A stretch of DNA of 29,674 nt from Candidatus Heimdallarchaeota archaeon. GTDB lineage: Archaea; Asgardarchaeota; Heimdallarchaeia; Heimdallarchaeales; Heimdallarchaeaceae. A program made the position numbers and the translations under genes. Shown here piece by piece: positions 24,781 through 29,674 of this stretch (positions are counted from its first letter, which is position 1; the number at the start of each line of letters is the position of its first letter). Below the pieces are notes generated by a model. The model was not told the origin of the DNA. It worked only from the letters and a program-made list of their open reading frames with translations, and did no database searches. The stretch spans positions 1 through 29,674 of the forward strand of contig JAEOTE010000095.1 in assembly GCA_016839945.1 (NCBI GenBank). The letters run 5' to 3'.

Positions 24781-27261
24781 ATGGAATTAGAGAAGGAGAG
24801 AAAGTTACACAGTTATCTTTCTAACATATTTTATTATACATTTGTTTTAATAATTGCAATAATTTTTGTTTTGTCATTCCTAGTTACAGATGTGGAGATA
24901 ATTAACAATATACTCTATATTGTTCTAATTGTCTCTTCACTAGTTATTGTCTTCTATTTAGCGGTTCAGATGCTACAATATAATCGCAGAGTAAACAAGA
25001 AAGCCCAATTAGGAATCTTTCTTATTGTTATTGGTTTTCTTCTTATTTTAACCTCAACAAGTAAAGAAATTTCACTTGGGGGTTGGTTTTTACTTGATTT
25101 TCTGGGCGATTATTTCTTTGTATATTGGGGTATAGGTTCTATTGTTACTGGTATTATAGTTGAATTAACTTTCCTTGATCAACTTCTCTGGGATATGTTT
25201 GTTAAACCTTTCAAATTTTTATGGGAAAAACTAGTTGCACTGGCAAAATTAATCTGGAAACATTGGAAGAATATTTTGTTATATACACTAGATTTAGCAT
25301 CCATAGGTGGCATAATTTATGTTGCTGTTATATGGGAAATCTTATGGTGGAAAATTGTAATACTATCTGTTTGTTGTGTTTATCCTATCGCACATCATTC
25401 AAAACGAATTTGGAGAGCAATAAGATTCTTTGCTGTTGAGATCATCTATAAAATGTTTTACGAAATAGGTGTTCTCATAAAAAATGTTGCAGTATCGATT
25501 TGGAATGCTGTTGTTAGATTTTTCAAATTTATCGCAGAACACTGGTGGATTATTCTCAAAGAATTTTTACGTTTAGTAGTAGCTGTTGCTGGTATAGTTC
25601 TCCTCACACTTAAGAATCAGATAGATCCTGCATTTATTGTTCCCACATTTGTGTGGTGGCTCATCATGTTTGGAGCTATCTTGATTGGAGAGCTATTTTC
25701 AAGGAAGATTGTCCTCATAAAAACATGGAATGCAATTAAAAGCTTCTTTACATTCGTATGGAATGTAATTGTAGACACATTCAAATTTTTCTTAGAACAT
25801 TGGTGGATCATTCTCAAGGAATTCTTAAGATTTGCAACTGCCGTTACAGGTATATTCCTTTTCATCTACAATGAAGAGATAGATCCTTCATCTTCTGCTC
25901 CCGCATTTGCATGGTGGCTCATCATGTTTGGAGCTATCTTGATAGGAGAGCTGTTTTCAAGAAGAATAATTCTCATAAAAACATGGAATGCAATTGTAAG
26001 TTTCTCCGAATTCTTATGGAGAATCATTAAAACTCTAGCCAATAAAATGTGGGAAGCTATAAGAAGAATGTTTAGCTACCTTTTAAGAATACTCAAAAAT
26101 ATCTGGGAACTAATAAAAGAGCATGTTAAAAGAGTGCTTAACGAAACAGTTCGATTAATTCTCACTGCTGGTGCTATTTATTTAATTTTCTATGGAGTAT
26201 CCAATGATGCAGACTGGTATCCTTGGCTTGTAGGAATAAGTATTATTTTATTAGTTGAAATCATTCTCAGAAAAGTAGTTCTACTAAAAATTTACAATTT
26301 TATAAAGGAAGCTGCTTTATTCTTCTGGGAAATACTGAAGTTTCTATGGGAACCATTCAGATTCATATTAACAAAGATTTACGATTTACTCAAATTCATA
26401 AAAAAGCACTGGTTGAAAATACTACTCTATACTCTTGATTTAATATCCGTAGTTGCTATAATCTACTTCTCAGTTTCTTGGATTCTAGGCTTATTGTCTT
26501 TGATAATAATCGCAGCTGGTGGAATATATCTTGTGGGACATCATTATAAGACAATCTGGAAAGTAATAAGATTTGTAGCAGTAGATATTTTCTATAAATT
26601 CTTTTACAACGTTGTTAAATTCATTAAAAATATGTTTGAAGCAATCTGGGAGAAAATTGTTTCATTTATTAATTTCTGGAAAGAACATTGGAAGACAATT
26701 TTCAAGGAAGTTATAAGATTAGCAATTGCTGTTGCTGGTATTGTTATCTTTATCATTCAAGATAAAATAGATCCAACATCCTACTTACCTAATTTTGTTT
26801 GGTGGATTATTCTGATTGGAGCCATCCTGATTGGGGAAGTTTTTTCAAGAAAAATTGTTTTCATTAAAACATATGAAGCAATCAAATCAATTGTAACAAA
26901 ATTCTGGGAATGTTTGAAGAAAATACCGAAATTTATAGTAAATGTCTTTTATACTATTGGAATAACTCTACGAACTGTTTCAGTCTATGTTTATGATAAT
27001 TTCATTAGACTATTTTTGTTGTTATTCATGCTTTTCGCTATAGTATATGGTGTTGCTTTGTTATTCTCATTTATCAATCCAAGTGTTGACTTTATAGGAT
27101 TCTTTAGAAGTCTTGAAACATCAGCTAGACTTTCAATAGGTGCTGGTTTCATTATTTTATTCTCTGTTGCTCTCATCCTTTTAAGGAGAGAACTGAAGAA
27201 ACTACGAACAGGTACATCTAGAGTGTTGCTCAGCAAAATCAAGGAGAGGTGGCAGAAATGA
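24781..27261 (+). CDS. Large Trp/Phe-rich membrane protein built of tandem hydrophobic-hairpin plus amphipathic-helix repeats
   Basis: 826 aa. EHWWIILKEFLR...GI...IDP...F.WWLIMFGAILIGELFSR.I.LIKTWNAI occurs three times, and KHW..ILLYTLDL...HH.K.IW..IRF.AV.I.YK.FY occurs twice. A TATA-like TTTATATA lies at about 24751-24758. Confidence 0.85.
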   Translation: MELEKERKLHSYLSNIFYYTFVLIIAIIFVLSFLVTDVEIINNILYIVLIVSSLVIVFYLAVQMLQYNRRVNKKAQLGIFLIVIGFLLILTSTSKEISLGGWFLLDFLGDYFFVYWGIGSIVTGIIVELTFLDQLLWDMFVKPFKFLWEKLVALAKLIWKHWKNILLYTLDLASIGGIIYVAVIWEILWWKIVILSVCCVYPIAHHSKRIWRAIRFFAVEIIYKMFYEIGVLIKNVAVSIWNAVVRFFKFIAEHWWIILKEFLRLVVAVAGIVLLTLKNQIDPAFIVPTFVWWLIMFGAILIGELFSRKIVLIKTWNAIKSFFTFVWNVIVDTFKFFLEHWWIILKEFLRFATAVTGIFLFIYNEEIDPSSSAPAFAWWLIMFGAILIGELFSRRIILIKTWNAIVSFSEFLWRIIKTLANKMWEAIRRMFSYLLRILKNIWELIKEHVKRVLNETVRLILTAGAIYLIFYGVSNDADWYPWLVGISIILLVEIILRKVVLLKIYNFIKEAALFFWEILKFLWEPFRFILTKIYDLLKFIKKHWLKILLYTLDLISVVAIIYFSVSWILGLLSLIIIAAGGIYLVGHHYKTIWKVIRFVAVDIFYKFFYNVVKFIKNMFEAIWEKIVSFINFWKEHWKTIFKEVIRLAIAVAGIVIFIIQDKIDPTSYLPNFVWWIILIGAILIGEVFSRKIVFIKTYEAIKSIVTKFWECLKKIPKFIVNVFYTIGITLRTVSVYVYDNFIRLFLLLFMLFAIVYGVALLFSFINPSVDFIGFFRSLETSARLSIGAGFIILFSVALILLRRELKKLRTGTSRVLLSKIKERWQK
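25537..25995 (+). repeat. Intragenic direct repeat with a 258-nt (86-codon) period
   Basis: An identical 32-mer, tggtggctcatcatgtttggagctatcttgat, sits at 25654 and 25912, and an identical 24-mer, ctcataaaaacatggaatgcaatt, at 25714 and 25972. A third, more diverged copy starts at 26683. Confidence 0.9.
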
Positions 27262-28634
27262 AGGAAGAGAAAAAGAATAAGATTGATGCTGAAGAAGTCG
27301 AAAGAAATCCTGTTATCGCCACACTCTGGGTTGGATTAATAATTGGTGTTCTAGGAGTTCTAGGTATTATCATTTCACAAGTAGCTTTGGATGGAAATTA
27401 CTTCAGAATTTTCTTAGGAGTATTTCTGGGCGGAGTATTAATTTGCTTCTTTGCACTTATTCTTAGAAGATTAAGAAGAAAGGGAATAGAATATTTTGTA
27501 ATTGGCGCAGTTACTGCATATATTGGTTTTCTATTACTTGCTTTTCCAGCACTTTTTGCTACAATGGATATACAACTGTTTGCATTCCAATATGCTTACT
27601 ATATCTTAATGGTCGGAGGTGTTCTCTTAATAATTTTTGGCTTCTTTATGGAAACTTATGATTTAAACGAAAAGATAATTGAACTCTTCAAAAGAATTGG
27701 AGTTGCATTAAAGAACTTACTGAAAAAACTTAATTGGAAAATGATATTATCACCTTGGAACTTTCTATCAGTTGCAGGAATAATTGTTATCATTCTAACA
27801 TCAGAGGAAATTATTCCACTCCTTCCTGTAGTCTTCTATATCATAGGAAGTATATTGATTCTGGCTAACTTCGTGTACCATTTCAAAGAAGAAGTAGTTG
27901 AGGTTTTAAAGAATATTGGAAACATTTTCTATACATTCTTCAAAGCTTGGGCAAAAGCGCTAAAACAAATTCCAAGAATAATAAAGAAACTAGCACAGTG
28001 GTTGTATGATCCTGAAAGATTCAAAAGGATGATTAGGTGGGTATATAAGCAAATTAAACTTGTTGGAAAAGCAATAAAGTACATTGTAGTAAGAAATTAT
28101 ATTTTCCTATTTGCTTTTGGTATAGTAATGTTCTTCATCTTGAAAGATTTAAGTCTGGAAGTAAGAATATCAATCTCCTCCTTAGTTTGCTTCATTGCTT
28201 TAGTAAAACCAATCTTAGACTGGAGAGAACACTTTGGCGAAGAAATAAGCTCAGCAAGAATGTTTTTGTACAAAACAACACAAAAAACAAGGAATGTTTT
28301 CAAAAGGAGAGATATAATACGTTGTCCACATTGTAATTATTCAAACATTGCATCAAGAAGAGAATGTTGGAATTGTAAAGAAACAATACCAAATTGCTGG
28401 ATTTGTAATGGAGTTTTTGAACCTGAAACAGAAGTTGCTGTATGTCCAAATTGTGATAATAATTATCACATAAAACACTTGAAAGCATGGTTAAGATTTA
28501 ATCCAAAATGCCCAGTATGCCATGAACCTATAGAAAAGATTGAAACTGAGATCTACTTACCAGATTATTTTACATTAGCAGAACAAACTACAACTGAGAA
28601 TAACTCGCAAATAAGTGAAGATGTAGATTCTTGA
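27249..28634 (+). CDS. Multi-pass membrane protein with a C-terminal zinc ribbon and RING finger (putative membrane E3 ligase)
   Basis: About 8 hydrophobic segments. A CPHC..CWNC ribbon is followed by CWIC-x12-CPNC-x3-YHIKHLKAWLRFNPKCPVC, a RING with the conserved W and CPxC. The start is either the GTG at 27249 or the ATG at 27258, which forms an ATGA overlap with the upstream stop. Confidence 0.88.
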   Translation: MAEMKEEKKNKIDAEEVERNPVIATLWVGLIIGVLGVLGIIISQVALDGNYFRIFLGVFLGGVLICFFALILRRLRRKGIEYFVIGAVTAYIGFLLLAFPALFATMDIQLFAFQYAYYILMVGGVLLIIFGFFMETYDLNEKIIELFKRIGVALKNLLKKLNWKMILSPWNFLSVAGIIVIILTSEEIIPLLPVVFYIIGSILILANFVYHFKEEVVEVLKNIGNIFYTFFKAWAKALKQIPRIIKKLAQWLYDPERFKRMIRWVYKQIKLVGKAIKYIVVRNYIFLFAFGIVMFFILKDLSLEVRISISSLVCFIALVKPILDWREHFGEEISSARMFLYKTTQKTRNVFKRRDIIRCPHCNYSNIASRRECWNCKETIPNCWICNGVFEPETEVAVCPNCDNNYHIKHLKAWLRFNPKCPVCHEPIEKIETEIYLPDYFTLAEQTTTENNSQISEDVDS

Positions 28635-28734
28635 TAATTTACCCTCATAGTATACATTTAAATGCATGATTTACGTTATTTTCAAATAGAACCATTAAGA
28701 GGTTAAATTCTAAAAATAATAAAGAGGAATAAAT

Positions 28735-29674
28735 ATGGTTGAAGTAATAGAATGGCCCTTAGGACGAGGGGATGAAATCCTATACAGACATCCTCGAGAT
28801 ACCATAAATTGGGGAGACCAAGTGAATTGTCTACCCAATCAGTGTGCAGTTTTCATCAAAGATTCAGTTGTTTATGATGTCTTAAAATCAGGAAGGCATT
28901 TCATGAAAACAAAAAACATTCCACTTCTGACAACTTTTCTATCAAGAATCGTAGGGTTTGATAAATCACCCTTCAATTGTCAAGTGATTTTCATCAATTT
29001 AGCAGACTTTCAAGGAAAGTTTGGAGGACGAAGTCAAACACAAGAACTAGCTCCATTACAATTCTTTGGAGATTATTTCTACAAAATTGATGATATACAG
29101 AAATTCGCTTTTGAAATAGCTGGTAACAGAAATATCTATACTACTGCGGCTTTCAACGATTTCTTTAGAAATTTCGTTGTTCAAGAAGTTATTAGTAAAC
29201 TTTCAGAAAAAGGCATTGTAGATGTAATGTCTAATCTAGGCAAAACTTCTGATTTTATAGAAGGTGAAGTAAAAGCTGATCTACTAGAGATGGGAATCAA
29301 ACTGAAGAACCTGAAATTTGGTGGCATTGACACAACTCCTGAATATCGTGACAGACTCTTCTGGATGAGATCAGGTGTATCAGCAAGTCAAGTACAACAA
29401 TATGCTGGAATGGCTGATGTAGCAGAAGCTCTACCTGAAGGAGGATCTGGTCTAACTGGAGCTGTAATGGTAAACAACCTGTTTTCTAAGAGCGAAATTA
29501 AACAAGCTGATAAAATTGAGAAAAAAGGTGACGTAGAAGCAGCTTTCATAACATGCAATCAATGTAATAACAAAGTTTCTCCAGCATCTGCTTTTTGTGG
29601 AAGCTGTGGAGATCCTATGGACGACGAGAAGAAAGGTGAATTTAAGTTCTGCACTGAATGTGGTGCTAAGAACA
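28735..29674 (+). CDS. SPFH/Band-7 domain protein (YdjI-like) with C-terminal double zinc ribbon; 3'-truncated
   Basis: Not in the ORF track because it has no stop codon in the window. The translation MVEVIEW...ILYRHP...WGDQVNCLPNQCAVFIKD...GRHFMKTKNIPLL...SPFNCQVIFIN...KFGG...FFGDYFYKIDD matches YdjI/Band_7_1, and it ends CNQC...FCGSCG...KFCTECGAK. An SD-like GAGG lies upstream. Confidence 0.9.
   Translation, partial: MVEVIEWPLGRGDEILYRHPRDTINWGDQVNCLPNQCAVFIKDSVVYDVLKSGRHFMKTKNIPLLTTFLSRIVGFDKSPFNCQVIFINLADFQGKFGGRSQTQELAPLQFFGDYFYKIDDIQKFAFEIAGNRNIYTTAAFNDFFRNFVVQEVISKLSEKGIVDVMSNLGKTSDFIEGEVKADLLEMGIKLKNLKFGGIDTTPEYRDRLFWMRSGVSASQVQQYAGMADVAEALPEGGSGLTGAVMVNNLFSKSEIKQADKIEKKGDVEAAFITCNQCNNKVSPASAFCGSCGDPMDDEKKGEFKFCTECGAKN

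Noticed and set aside
25654-25995. Identical 32-nt and 24-nt direct repeats as a possible CRISPR array
   Set aside because: There are only two exact copies, 258 nt apart, in frame within a coding repeat, and the sequence between them is also homologous. No cas genes are present.
24781-27261. Phage tape-measure protein or provirus, suggested by the Trp-periodic amphipathic repeats
   Set aside because: No capsid, terminase, tail or integrase genes are nearby, and the repeats alternate with TM hairpins in a cellular gene context.
5179-28488. Short overlapping or antisense ORFs in the track (e.g. 5179-5499, 5847-6065, 7666-7878, 8017-8359, 12249-12503, 16424-16750, 17374-17562, 18018-18671, 21231-21651, 25221-25865, 26991-27242, 28097-28488; also 1994-2236)
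   Set aside because: They lie within or opposite well-supported genes and have no motifs; their composition is typical of shadow ORFs.
1-29674. tRNA, rRNA, structured ncRNA or IS elements
   Set aside because: Intergenic regions are short (at most about 220 nt) and AT-rich, with no GC-rich stems, cloverleaf motifs, transposase ORFs or terminal inverted repeats visible. A covariance-model search would be needed to exclude small RNAs.

Overview
An AT-rich, gene-dense archaeal chromosomal window with about 28 protein-coding genes, two of them truncated at the edges. I saw no rRNA, tRNA, CRISPR array, integrase or transposase. Several features point to an Asgard archaeon, possibly Heimdallarchaeia-like (an inference): TATA-like boxes 20-30 nt upstream of many start codons, an archaeal class III (pilin/archaellin) signal peptide, an eL33/L35Ae-like domain, an Arf-like small GTPase fused to a longin-like domain, and a membrane-anchored RING finger protein. 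Housekeeping genes include mobB, a PHP phosphoesterase, nfo, an M24 Xaa-Pro peptidase and hypA/hypB. The most interesting region is the right end (24781-29674). There, an 826-aa membrane protein built from tandem hairpin plus amphipathic-helix repeats is translationally coupled to a related membrane protein ending in a Zn ribbon and a RING finger. An SPFH/Band-7 double-zinc-ribbon gene follows, so the three form a candidate proto-ERAD or membrane-shaping module. Other oddities are an HhH-linker-eL33 fusion, a multi-TM protein with a C-terminal HEPN RxxxxH domain, a HerA-like ATPase with a coiled coil and 15-aa Cys/His repeats, a split and order-swapped COG0645/COG2187 kinase pair, an NTase next to a degenerate-NTase-AAA fusion, a MobA-like pseudo-enzyme, and a probable ACG start codon. 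All family calls come from motif recognition by eye; no database searches were run.
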